From positions 2,178 to 66,177 of the forward strand of contig DASYNP010000081.1 in assembly GCA_036008465.1 (NCBI GenBank): 64,000 nucleotides of DNA, in the 5' to 3' direction. The position numbers and the translations under genes are program-made. The DNA comes from Planctomycetaceae bacterium (GTDB lineage: Bacteria > Planctomycetota > Planctomycetia > Planctomycetales > Planctomycetaceae). Numbering within the stretch: position 1 is the first letter of the stretch; the number at the start of each line of letters is the position of its first letter. The notes under the pieces were generated by a model that searched no databases, was not told where the DNA came from, and saw only the letters and a program-made list of their open reading frames with translations. This document shows positions 1 through 10,332 of the stretch, piece by piece.

Positions 1-2
1 GA

Positions 3-263
3 AGCGGACGGGCGAGGGGGAAAGAGCGGGACGGGACACGAACCAACGGTGGGACAAACCTCAGGAACGAAACGAGTCCCAAATCATATCAGCTCGCTGC
101 AAAAGACTTACGACGAAAGCTGAATCGGGACTCCCTGGGACGGGACACTTTCACGGAATACGGAGACCCGGCTTGTCCCAGCGCAATGCGGAGTGGAACG
201 CGACACGGGACCGAGTTTGCCCTCACCCCGCGCCCTCTCCCAGCGGACTGGGCGAGGGGGAAA
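3..263. repeat. Non-coding region bounded by a 21/22-nt direct repeat (AGCGGAC[T]GGGCGAGGGGGAAA at 3-23 and 242-263) and carrying two GGGACGGGAC decamers (28-37, 137-146)
   Basis: Direct reading. The second repeat copy abuts the minus-strand stop codon (264-266) of the methyltransferase gene. GGGAC (51-55) can pair with GTCCC (76-80). Confidence 0.7.
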
Positions 264-1112
264 TCAATGCGTCGCCGGCTTCGGGGGGCGGCGTTCGAAG
301 ATGATCACGTGTTGCCAGGGGAGGACTTCGATCGTCTCGACGTGGGACAGTTCGAGGGTCGGGTCGGCGGCCTCGCGTTTGACCTGGGCTTCGGTCATCT
401 TGTGCACGAGCTTGATGGGAACGTTGGGGTCTTCTTTGCGGTACTCGACGAACACGACGCGGCCGCCGGGCTTGAGGGCTTTCGAGATGGCCAGGAGCAT
501 TTCGTAGGGGTAGCGGAACTCGTGGTAGACGTCGACCATGATCGCCAGGTCGACCGAGCTCGGCTTCAGGTTGGGTGATTTCTCGGTGCCGCGAATCGGC
601 GTGACGTTGGTGATGCCCAGCTGCTTGCAGCGCTTGGCCAGCACGCTGAGCATTTCTTCCTGGATGTCGACCGCCAGGACGGTGCCGGCGGGTTTGACCT
701 TGTCGGCCATTTTGATCGAGATCACGCCGCTGCCCGCGCCGATGTCGGCCACCACCAGGCCGGGGGTGAGCTTGAGGACGTCGACGAGCTGGGTGAGGTG
801 CTCTTCGGTCTCGCGCTCGGGCCGTTCGAGCCAATCGATGCCCTGGTAGCCCATCACATGGGCGATCTCCCGCCCCATGTAGAACTTGCCGATGCCGTCG
901 CGATCGTGCTTTGCGCGGATTTCGTATCGGGGCGGATGGCGCGCTTTGTCGGACTTGGAATCGGAGGCGGCAGATTTCGGCGGGGCCGCGGGTCCGTCGC
1001 CCGCGGGCGCCCGCACCTCCATTAATAAGGAGAGGATTGCGAAGGAGAGAATCGCGCCGAGCCGACAGTGCCCGCAAGACCTCGGGGGAGCGGTTGGGCT
1101 CGCGACGCTCAT
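264..1112 (-). CDS. Class I SAM-dependent methyltransferase with an N-terminal hydrophobic (signal/anchor-like) segment
   Basis: ORF 264..1178. SAM motif I VVADIGAGSGVISI, then LAVDIQ and KPGGRVVFVEY. ATG at 1112 overlaps the Trm112 stop (ATGA). Hydrophobic LGAILSFAILSLLM lies near the N-terminus. Confidence 0.8.
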   Translation of the reverse strand: MSVASPTAPPRSCGHCRLGAILSFAILSLLMEVRAPAGDGPAAPPKSAASDSKSDKARHPPRYEIRAKHDRDGIGKFYMGREIAHVMGYQGIDWLERPERETEEHLTQLVDVLKLTPGLVVADIGAGSGVISIKMADKVKPAGTVLAVDIQEEMLSVLAKRCKQLGITNVTPIRGTEKSPNLKPSSVDLAIMVDVYHEFRYPYEMLLAISKALKPGGRVVFVEYRKEDPNVPIKLVHKMTEAQVKREAADPTLELSHVETIEVLPWQHVIIFERRPPKPATH

Positions 1113-1378
1113 GAGGTGGCTCCGATCGTCTGGCCGGTCTTCGAGTCGCGCGAGTGCCGCTGCATGATGGTGCCCCAATCTTCGGGGGAGAGTTTCACCG
1201 CTTCATCGACGAGCATGATGGGGATCTCGTCGCGGATGGCGTATTTGAGCCGGCAATCGGGGTTAAGGCAGACGAGCCAATCGCCGTCCTGCAAGAGGGG
1301 CGTCCGCGAGCCGGGGCAGACCAGCAGGTTCTCGAGATCTTTGAATTTGAACGCCATCGGACGCTTGGGCCTTTTCAT
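1109..1378 (-). CDS. Trm112 family (UPF0434/YcaR-like) small protein
   Basis: 89 aa. LLVCPGSRTPL...CLNPDCRLKYAIRDEIPIMLVDEA matches the Trm112p-like signature as I remember it. ATG start. Confidence 0.75.
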   Translation of the reverse strand: MKRPKRPMAFKFKDLENLLVCPGSRTPLLQDGDWLVCLNPDCRLKYAIRDEIPIMLVDEAVKLSPEDWGTIMQRHSRDSKTGQTIGATS

Positions 1379-1390
1379 GGGAAGTTCTTA

Positions 1391-2416
1391 CTAAAACCCG
1401 CGGACGCGGCGAATGTCCTCGAAACTTCGCAGGGAGTAACCGATCCCGACGTCATCCAAGACCCGGCACAGAGAGCGGACCGCCACGCCCATGCCGTCGG
1501 GCCCGCTGAAACCGCCGAATTGCCCGCCCCCTTTGAGATGCGGCTCGGTTTCGAGGAAGAAGCCGGCGACGCCCAGCTTTTGTATGCGGGCTTCGAGCTG
1601 CGGCAGTTGCGTTTTCAAATCGCGGAGGACGTCGGGATAGCCTGAATCGCCGCAGTCGGCCGGCACGAAGTTGCGCAGCCGCTCCTCGTCGACGACGCCG
1701 GTCCATTCGAGCGTCGGATCGATGCGGTAGTCTTTGACGTGCATCCAGCCGAGGTGCGGCCGCATCGCCTCGTACTCGCGAAAGCACTGCCGGCGGTCCT
1801 TGTTCTGACAGGCGATGTTGCCGCCGTCATAAATCAGCACGAGGTTCGGGTGGTTGACCTTGGTCGCCAGCGTGGCCATCAGCTCGCCGGTCGAGCCGAC
1901 GAGGTTGGGCTCGATCTCGAGGCCGTAGACGAGGCCCTCCCGCGTGCAAGCCTCGACGATGGCGCCGATCTGCTCGACCGCCTGCCCCACATACGGAGCC
2001 GGGTCAGCCCCCAGCGGCGGATAAAAGGAAAAGCCGCGGACCAGCTTTGTCTCCAGCTCGAGGGCCGTTCGCAGCGTGTCGGCCACCTCGCTTTTGAGAT
2101 AGTCGGCAAAGGGGACGAACTTGTTGTGCGATCGATCGGGCTCGGCGCGGAGCTTCACCTTGCCCAGCCGCGAGCCGATGCTGGTTACCTGGATTCCGTA
2201 CTCGCGATGGAGGGTCTTGAGCTGTTCGCGTTGGGCGGCGTCGAGATCGACGACGTGCCGGACCGTACCCGACCCTTCGACGTCGATAAATCGGGGGCTG
2301 TAGTGCGACAGTCCGATTGCGGCCAAAGCGGTGAGCTGCTCGAGCGCGGTTTTGCGATTGGCCGCCTCGTCGGCAAACGCGCTCAGCAAAACGTGCGGCG
2401 AGGGCGATGGAGTCAC
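1391..2416 (-). CDS. Sugar phosphate isomerase/epimerase family protein (xylose isomerase-like TIM barrel)
   Basis: 341 aa, GTG start. GLEIEPN and WMHVKDY motifs are typical of this TIM-barrel family. Lies 12 nt upstream of the Trm112 gene. Confidence 0.65.
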   Translation of the reverse strand: MTPSPSPHVLLSAFADEAANRKTALEQLTALAAIGLSHYSPRFIDVEGSGTVRHVVDLDAAQREQLKTLHREYGIQVTSIGSRLGKVKLRAEPDRSHNKFVPFADYLKSEVADTLRTALELETKLVRGFSFYPPLGADPAPYVGQAVEQIGAIVEACTREGLVYGLEIEPNLVGSTGELMATLATKVNHPNLVLIYDGGNIACQNKDRRQCFREYEAMRPHLGWMHVKDYRIDPTLEWTGVVDEERLRNFVPADCGDSGYPDVLRDLKTQLPQLEARIQKLGVAGFFLETEPHLKGGGQFGGFSGPDGMGVAVRSLCRVLDDVGIGYSLRSFEDIRRVRGF

Positions 2417-2576
2417 AGCTTGCCTGTCTCTGGCTGATTCCTTGATTACTGATGCGATTATTGTAGCGGCCCGCCCGTCTTAACTCACTCGGCTAACTCA
2501 TCCGGCAACGCCTCCCCTACTCATCGCCTCGACGCCGGTCGGTCAATACAATGATTCGGTTAGAGACCGCCAGCCT

Positions 2577-3893
2577 ATGAAACCCGCTACCGGATCCGCC
2601 CACTCGTCGTCCCTGCCTTCTGCCGATTCGCAACGCCGGTTGCGCGGCGGAATGGTCGGCATGGGAATGATTTTCGACGAGACGTATCGGCCATTCTTCG
2701 AGCAAGTGCGGGCCAGCGGGCTTTACGATCGGTCTTTCGGAACGATCGAGGTTCCGCTCGTCGCCGTGGCGTCTCGGATAGGTAAGCGGGCCGAAGACTA
2801 TTTGCGCCAAGCGGGGGCTCCGAGCGCCGGTCTCAGAAGCTTTTCTGGTCCGCGATCGGTCGAGTCGCTACTAGCGAACGGAGTCGATTTCGCCTGCGTG
2901 GCGACTCCGGACGATCGTCATTTCGACGCTGCCAAACAGGTCCTCGAGGCCGGCGTTCACCTGCTCATCGAGAAACCGTCGGTGCTGTCGCTCGCTCAAC
3001 TGGATGAATTGCTGGCGATCGCCCGTCGCAAACAAGTCCTCGCCAAGGTCGTCTATCACAAGCTGCTCGATCCCGACCACAAAAAGCTCCGCACGCTGGT
3101 GCACGACCAGGTGCTCTCGCACGTCAATAACGGCTACTGCTCGCTCTTGGAGCCTAAGCAAATCTCGGGGTCGCAGTTCGCCGAGTGGATTCGCGGCCGC
3201 AACCCGGGGACGTACGTCGCCGTCCACTACATCAAGCTGATCGACTTCACCTTCCCGGGCCGGCTCAAGGCCGTGACGGCCAGTGGCCAGCGCGGACTGG
3301 TCGGACCCAAGGACGGGACGACCTGGGACAGTTGCCAGCTGCGGCTGATCTACGAATACGACTCGGGCCGCGAAGCAGCCTTCGATATCCATACATCGTG
3401 GGTGACGCCGGACAATTTCCCCGGCTACGTCGAGCAGGAAGTGCAGTTTCGCTTCGACAACGGCATTTGGAACGGCCACTCCCGCAAGCGCGGCGTCGAG
3501 TGCACCGTCGAGGGGAAGACGCCGTTCACGCTCAAGACGACGATGAACAATCACTACAACGGCTCGTTCCTCGAACCGTGGGGCCAGCGGAGCCAGCGGG
3601 GCTACGGAATCGAGGTCATCGAGCGATTTGTCCGCGAGCTGGCATACGTCGAATTCGGCGGCAGCCCGGCCGATCGACCCGCTCGATTGGCAGAAATCTC
3701 CGGGCTCAGTTACAACGATCTGAGTGCCGACCGGCAGGTGGTCGCTGCCGTGCAGGCGCTCGAGCGGATCCTCGAGCGGCAGGCTGCGGGCGAACCGGAT
3801 TGCGTCGTGCGTGTCAACGATCAAAAGGGTGGGCTCGTGATGTACTCGGCCGGCTCTGCCGAACCAATAGTCCTCTACCGCGACCCCGTCTAG
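2577..3893 (+). CDS. Gfo/Idh/MocA family NAD(P)-dependent oxidoreductase
   Basis: 438 aa. N-terminal Rossmann-like GGMVGMGMI. ATPDDRHFDAAKQVLEAGVHLLIEKP contains the EKP motif. Confidence 0.75.
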   Translation: MKPATGSAHSSSLPSADSQRRLRGGMVGMGMIFDETYRPFFEQVRASGLYDRSFGTIEVPLVAVASRIGKRAEDYLRQAGAPSAGLRSFSGPRSVESLLANGVDFACVATPDDRHFDAAKQVLEAGVHLLIEKPSVLSLAQLDELLAIARRKQVLAKVVYHKLLDPDHKKLRTLVHDQVLSHVNNGYCSLLEPKQISGSQFAEWIRGRNPGTYVAVHYIKLIDFTFPGRLKAVTASGQRGLVGPKDGTTWDSCQLRLIYEYDSGREAAFDIHTSWVTPDNFPGYVEQEVQFRFDNGIWNGHSRKRGVECTVEGKTPFTLKTTMNNHYNGSFLEPWGQRSQRGYGIEVIERFVRELAYVEFGGSPADRPARLAEISGLSYNDLSADRQVVAAVQALERILERQAAGEPDCVVRVNDQKGGLVMYSAGSAEPIVLYRDPV

Positions 3894-3937
3894 CGACCTT
3901 GGCGAGCCGCGGGCGTGAGCCCGCGGGTGCTTCCTTC

Positions 3938-5335
3938 ATGAACACACCCATCGAATTCGAAGACGAAGACCTCTCGAACGCCGCGCGACGCACAATCGGC
4001 TCGATGGAGCCCCTCGCCCAGCGGACGTACACGCCCAGTCAGGCTGTGTTTGCCAAGAGTGCAGGTTGCTTCCACTGGACGCCCGAAGGTCGCCGGCTCT
4101 ACGACTACACCTCGGGTGTGCTGGTCACCAACTTGGGGCACAATCCAAAACGCTGGCTCAAGCGGTTCTTCGATTATCTGGGTTGGGATCCGTCGGCGCT
4201 CGCGCAAGACGGTGACTACGCGGCGGCCGCGCCGATGAACGCTTACAACGCGATCACGCCGATCGAAGCGGCAGCCGTCGAGCGGCTGATCAAAAGCGTT
4301 CAATCGCGGCCGGGCGGGCGACGGCTCAACAGCGTGATGTGGTCCGCCTCGGGCTCGGAAGCGATCCAGAAGGCGATTTGGGCCTGCCTCCACCGCGACG
4401 AAAAACGCGACGTGATTCTGGCCACGCGTCACGGCTTCCACGGGAAGAAGGGGCTCGCCGGAGCAGTCACTGGATCCGAGATGGACCACGACCGCGACCC
4501 GCGCGTCCGCTTTATCAGTTTCCCGATGGCCGAGGTCGACGACGTCTCGAAGTACGAGCACACCTTTGCGCCGACCTCGTATGGATCGGAGCTGGAATCG
4601 CTCTGGAACGAGCTTGGGCCGCGGATTGGCTGTCTGATTACCGAACCTTACTTGGGCGGCGGCGGCAGCTACCATCCGCCCGCGGCCTACATGCAGCTAC
4701 TCCAGGCGTTCTGCCGGAAGCACCATATCTTGTTCATCCTCGACGAGGTACAGGCGAACTTCGGGCGGACCGGCCCTCTCTATGCCTTTGAGCGTTACGG
4801 CCTGGAACCCGATTTCATCTGTCTTGGCAAAGGGCTGGGAAATGGGATCCCGGTTAGCGCCGCGGTCGGACGCGGCGACGTGATGTCGTGCTTGAATTAC
4901 GGCGACGCCTCGGACACTTGGAGCGCAAATCCGGTCTCGTGTGCCGCGGTGCTCGCGACGCTCGACGAATTTGAAACCACCGACGTGCTGAAGCACGCGC
5001 AGGGCATTTCGCAGATTTTCTTCCGCGGGCTGACGCGACTGCAGGAAACGTCGTTAGTCAAAAAAATCCGCGGCGAAGGCATGGTGTTTGGAATCGAGTG
5101 CGGCCCCGTCGGCAATTTGACGGCCGATCAGGTCGCCAACGTGGTCGTCGAGACCTGCTACCTCGGCAAACCGGGGGGAGACGGGATCCACTTCCTCGGT
5201 CCGCTGGCGGGCTGCGTCCTGCGCGTGGCCCCGCCTCTGACAATGACTTCAGACGAGGCCGAGGCGTCGCTCGAGTTGCTATTTTCCTTGGTTTCCCAGC
5301 TCGAATTGAAACTGCGCGGGGCGGCCGTGACCTGA
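3938..5335 (+). CDS. Class III pyridoxal-phosphate-dependent aminotransferase
   Basis: 465 aa from ATG 3938. The frame is open from 3185, but that part overlaps the previous gene. Motifs SASGSEAIQKA, ILDEVQANFGRTG, CLGKGLGNG (PLP-lysine region). Confidence 0.85.
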   Translation: MNTPIEFEDEDLSNAARRTIGSMEPLAQRTYTPSQAVFAKSAGCFHWTPEGRRLYDYTSGVLVTNLGHNPKRWLKRFFDYLGWDPSALAQDGDYAAAAPMNAYNAITPIEAAAVERLIKSVQSRPGGRRLNSVMWSASGSEAIQKAIWACLHRDEKRDVILATRHGFHGKKGLAGAVTGSEMDHDRDPRVRFISFPMAEVDDVSKYEHTFAPTSYGSELESLWNELGPRIGCLITEPYLGGGGSYHPPAAYMQLLQAFCRKHHILFILDEVQANFGRTGPLYAFERYGLEPDFICLGKGLGNGIPVSAAVGRGDVMSCLNYGDASDTWSANPVSCAAVLATLDEFETTDVLKHAQGISQIFFRGLTRLQETSLVKKIRGEGMVFGIECGPVGNLTADQVANVVVETCYLGKPGGDGIHFLGPLAGCVLRVAPPLTMTSDEAEASLELLFSLVSQLELKLRGAAVT

Positions 5336-5516
5336 AAAATGGCTGGCCGAACCCGCATTCGAAGCCTAGTCGCCTGTTCGGCGAGACCTCTCCCGGTTTC
5401 CCATTGACCCCAAATCCGCTTTGGCACATGATGCGGCCCCAAGTTCGACCCAGGGACTTATGGACCGCGCAGACAGTCTCACTCTATCGACCGACCGCGA
5501 GTCGGCCGGACCCCGC

Positions 5517-7001
<1,485 letters not shown>

Positions 7002-7092
7002 CGGCCCTCACAAAGGGTGGCTGGCGTCGAACCATTTCGGTTTGCCCCAGTGACAAAACGGATTTTGACCCTCCGAGCCAAAGGATTGGCGA

Positions 7093-8808
7093 ATGTACAA
7101 GGCCTTTCTCTCCCTGCGCTACCTGCGGACCCGCTACATCGCGATGGCGTCGATCGTCAGCGTGATGTTGGGCGTGGCGACAATGATCGTCGTCAACAGC
7201 GTCATGAAGGGCTTTACCTCTGAGATGCGGGGCCGCATTCAGGGCCTTCTGTCCGACATTGTGATCGAGACCAATTCGCTCGATGGCCACCCCAATGCCC
7301 ACCAACAATTTGAGCTGGCTCGAAAAGTCTGCGGCGACAAGATCGCCGGCATGACGGCCACCGTCGAGGTCTGGGGGCTGGTCACATTTAATTTCGGCGG
7401 CCAATGGACCACGCGGCCGATCACGCTGATCGGAATCCAACCCGAAGAGAAGGCGACTGTGGGTCCGCTCGTCCAATACCTTGAGAGCTATCACACGCTC
7501 AAGGACGGCAAGAAAGTCATCCGCGAACCACTGCGCTCGTTGGACGAACCTCCGACCTGGAACCTGACGGCCCAGGCCAAAGCCTGGCGGCACGAAATCA
7601 ATCAGCGCCGCAAATGGATCGAGGATACGCTCGACGGCCACCGAGAGTCGCCCGGAGAAGGGGACGATCTTCGCCCAAGGGTCTCGCCCGTCAACCATAC
7701 CGAGTCGAGCGGTCCTAACTCCGCGGCAAAATCCGGCGCGGCAACCGGAGGGTTGAAGACGTCGGCTCCGGCTGTGGCGTCCGCAAAGTCCCCCACTCAA
7801 CCACCCGCACCTGGCGACCCCTTCGCGCCGACCGCCCAGCCGGCGAGCAAGAATCCGTTCCAGGACGTTCCAGAAACTCCCACGCCATCGCAGGTGGCGC
7901 GGTCGCCCGTCAACGACGACGAGCCGCACCCCGCGCGGATTTACATCGGCGCCGGGCTGATCCGCTTTCCGTACGAAGACTCGAAAACAGGCGAGCGGCG
8001 CATGATTGAGATGGTGCGCCCCGGAGAGGACGTAACCATCAGCACAGTGAGCGCCGGGCGGCCCCCGCAGCGGGAAGACTTCAAGGCCACGGTGGTCGAC
8101 GTCTTCAAGTGCGGGATGAGCGAGTACGACTCGAACCTGGTCTTCTGCAATCTCGAAGAACTGCAGAAAGCCCGGGGAATGTTCAACCCAGAGAATCCAA
8201 ACAATCCCGACGGCCGAGGAATCACGTCGATTCAGATCAAGCTCAAGGACTTTCGAGACGCGCCCGATGTTATCGAGCGGTTGCAGGCGGTCTTTCCGCC
8301 GGGCCTCTGGACGATCAAGACCTGGGAGCAGAAGCAAGGCCCGCTCTTGGCGGCCGTCGAGATCGAGACGGGCATTCTCAACGTCCTCTTGTTTTTGATC
8401 ATCGCCGTGGCCGGGTTCGGCATTCTGGCGATCTTCTTCATGATCGTCGTTGAGAAGACGCGCGACATCGGCATCTTGAAAGCGCTCGGAGCCAGCTCGA
8501 GCGGCGTGATGAGTATCTTCTTGTCGTATGGCCTCGCGTTGGGAGTCGTCGGCAGCGGGGTCGGCGTGCTGCTCGGACTCTTCTTTGTGCGCTATATCAA
8601 CGAGCTGGAATCCGTGATCACGGCCGTCACCGGTCGCAAGGTGTTTGACGACAAGGTCTATTACTTCCCCGAGATTCCCACGCTCGTGCAGCCGGGAATG
8701 ATCTTTTGGGTGACGTGCGGGGCAATCGCCATCGCCGTGTTGGCCAGCGTGTTGCCGGCACGTCGAGCGGCCCGGTTGCGCCCGGTCGAAGCGCTGCGCT
8801 ACGAATGA
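7093..8808 (+). CDS. Lipoprotein-releasing ABC transporter permease, LolC/LolE family (FtsX-type), with an enlarged periplasmic loop
   Basis: N-terminus FLSLRYLRTRYIAMASIVSVMLGVATMIVVNSVMKGF is LolC/E-like. C-terminal FtsX-type helices (ILKALGAS...). 571 aa, longer than the roughly 415 aa I expect for this family. Confidence 0.8.
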   Translation: MYKAFLSLRYLRTRYIAMASIVSVMLGVATMIVVNSVMKGFTSEMRGRIQGLLSDIVIETNSLDGHPNAHQQFELARKVCGDKIAGMTATVEVWGLVTFNFGGQWTTRPITLIGIQPEEKATVGPLVQYLESYHTLKDGKKVIREPLRSLDEPPTWNLTAQAKAWRHEINQRRKWIEDTLDGHRESPGEGDDLRPRVSPVNHTESSGPNSAAKSGAATGGLKTSAPAVASAKSPTQPPAPGDPFAPTAQPASKNPFQDVPETPTPSQVARSPVNDDEPHPARIYIGAGLIRFPYEDSKTGERRMIEMVRPGEDVTISTVSAGRPPQREDFKATVVDVFKCGMSEYDSNLVFCNLEELQKARGMFNPENPNNPDGRGITSIQIKLKDFRDAPDVIERLQAVFPPGLWTIKTWEQKQGPLLAAVEIETGILNVLLFLIIAVAGFGILAIFFMIVVEKTRDIGILKALGASSSGVMSIFLSYGLALGVVGSGVGVLLGLFFVRYINELESVITAVTGRKVFDDKVYYFPEIPTLVQPGMIFWVTCGAIAIAVLASVLPARRAARLRPVEALRYE

Positions 8809-8827
8809 CGCCTTAAAGAGGAAACCA

Positions 8828-9694
8828 ATGACTGCGAAGACACTCGCCGGAGCCGGTTCGATGCACGGATCCACCGCGTCGAAGTCGACCCAGAAGCCGC
8901 ACTCGGCACAGGTTTCGATCGCGACACAGGCCTCGATCGCGACACAGGCGCGCTGGCTGCCCGCCGAGGGGGGACATGCCGTCGGGCCGCACATCTCGGC
9001 AGTCGCCGTCGAGAAGTCGTACCGCAAGGGCCAACACAAGGTCTCGGTGCTGCGCGGCGTCAACATCAACGTGCGGCGGGGCGAGTTCCTCTCGATCATC
9101 GGCCAGTCGGGGTCGGGCAAGAGCACGTTGTTGCATTTGCTCGGACTGCTCGACTGTCCCGATGTCGGCGAAGTTTTGCTCGAAGGTCAGCGGATGGACG
9201 ATCTGCCCGCGCGCACCCGCGACCAGCTTCGCAACCGCGTGTTCGGCTTCATCTTCCAGTTTTATCACCTGTTGCCCGAGTTGAGCCTGCTCGAAAATGT
9301 GCTGGCTCCGTTGATGATCCGCTACTCGGCGTGGGAATTCTGGAAGCGCCGCCGCGAGTTTCGCGAGCGGGCCTCCGAGATCATTCATCTCGTCGGGCTG
9401 GACCATCGGTTGAAGCACAAGCCGTCAGAGATGTCCGGGGGAGAACTGCAGCGGGCGGCAATCGCCCGTGCGCTCGTCGCCCGGCCGGAAATTCTGCTGG
9501 CCGACGAACCGACTGGCAACCTCGATACGCACACCGGCCACGAAATTACCGAGCTGCTCGCGCGCCTGAACGACCGCGAGCAGCTGACGATTTTGATGGT
9601 CACGCATGACGACTCGATCGCGCGGCAAGCGCACCGTATCGTGCGCTTAAAGGAAGGCCAGATCGAGGCGGTCGCAGCAGCGGCGGCTGCTTGA
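8828..9694 (+). CDS. lolD: ABC transporter ATP-binding protein, LolD-like
   Basis: Walker A GQSGSGKST, signature MSGGELQRAAIARAL, Walker B ILLADEPTGNLD. AGAGGA lies about 8 nt upstream of ATG 8828. About 55-aa N-terminal extension. Confidence 0.85.
   Translation: MTAKTLAGAGSMHGSTASKSTQKPHSAQVSIATQASIATQARWLPAEGGHAVGPHISAVAVEKSYRKGQHKVSVLRGVNINVRRGEFLSIIGQSGSGKSTLLHLLGLLDCPDVGEVLLEGQRMDDLPARTRDQLRNRVFGFIFQFYHLLPELSLLENVLAPLMIRYSAWEFWKRRREFRERASEIIHLVGLDHRLKHKPSEMSGGELQRAAIARALVARPEILLADEPTGNLDTHTGHEITELLARLNDREQLTILMVTHDDSIARQAHRIVRLKEGQIEAVAAAAAA
8915..8950 (+). repeat. 18-bp tandem duplication TCGATCGCGACACAGGC[C/G] x2 inside the LolD N-terminal extension (encodes SIATQA twice)
   Basis: Direct reading; the copies are 8915-8932 and 8933-8950. 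Confidence 0.9.
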
Positions 9695-9701
9695 GGGGTG
9701 A

Positions 9702-10322
9702 CTAAGAGTCGCTCGCCCCGTCGGTCTGCTGTCCGCCGTCGCTCTTCCGGTAGATGTGGATCTCCATCGACGAAATCGCAAGACTTTTCGTGAGCGTCCA
9801 CGAGTTCGGAAGGCTTAGTTCCGTCTCTTCTGGCGCACGGAAATAAAGCAAAGCGTCAGGCGCCGTCACCGTGTCGCGTGCCAGGCGGGACAGCGCACGA
9901 TACATCGGCTTCTCCGGATTCAGTTCCATCGCCAGGCGGTAAGGCGGATCAAAAAACACGACGTCGAATGGAAGGAACGGATCGACGCCCTTCGGATGAA
10001 ACGACGACCGGAGTGCGTCGGTCCGCCAGCAGAGCGCGCGATCTTCGACGCCGAGTGTTGCGACATTCTGCTGCAAGAGCTCGAAGGCCCGCCGATCCGA
10101 CTCGATGAAGACGACGCTCTTCGCGCCGCGGCTGAGCGCCTCCAAGCCGAGCGACCCGGTTCCGGCAAAAACGTCGGCCACCTTCCGGTCGACGAGGTCG
10201 TCGCCAATCCGCTCAAACAGCGTCTCTTTCACGCGGTCGGTGATGGGACGCGTCGTGAGCCCCGGGCTGGCAAGCAGTTTCCGGCGGCGAAATTCTCCGG
10301 CAATGATGCGCACGACATTCAC
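9702..10322 (-). CDS. rsmD: 16S rRNA (guanine966-N2)-methyltransferase RsmD
   Basis: RIIAGEFRRRKL, TRPITDRVKETLF, DVFAGTGSLGLEALSRGA, FFDPPY. GTG start. Confidence 0.85.
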   Translation of the reverse strand: MNVVRIIAGEFRRRKLLASPGLTTRPITDRVKETLFERIGDDLVDRKVADVFAGTGSLGLEALSRGAKSVVFIESDRRAFELLQQNVATLGVEDRALCWRTDALRSSFHPKGVDPFLPFDVVFFDPPYRLAMELNPEKPMYRALSRLARDTVTAPDALLYFRAPEETELSLPNSWTLTKSLAISSMEIHIYRKSDGGQQTDGASDS

Positions 10323-10332
10323 CGAGGAGGGA

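Noticed and set aside
150-185. ACGGAGACCCGGCTTGTCCCAGC, which resembles the conserved 3' P4 strand of RNase P RNA (ACAGAACCCGGCUUA)
   Set aside because: The universally conserved ACAGAA is altered and an extra nucleotide is present. The spacing to a GAAU-like J18/2 element is far too long. The region instead shares the GGGAC repeat family with 55.7-56.1 kb. cmscan with RF00010 on an extended left flank could still be run.
3185-3937. Long upstream extensions of tracked ORFs (also 28834-29283, 31353-31583, 33086-33160, 10993-12171, 11872-11976, 38184-38351)
   Set aside because: These are open frames that overlap the preceding gene or have poor composition. Internal starts with Shine-Dalgarno sequences or ATGA/GTGA coupling, and family-typical N-termini, fit better.
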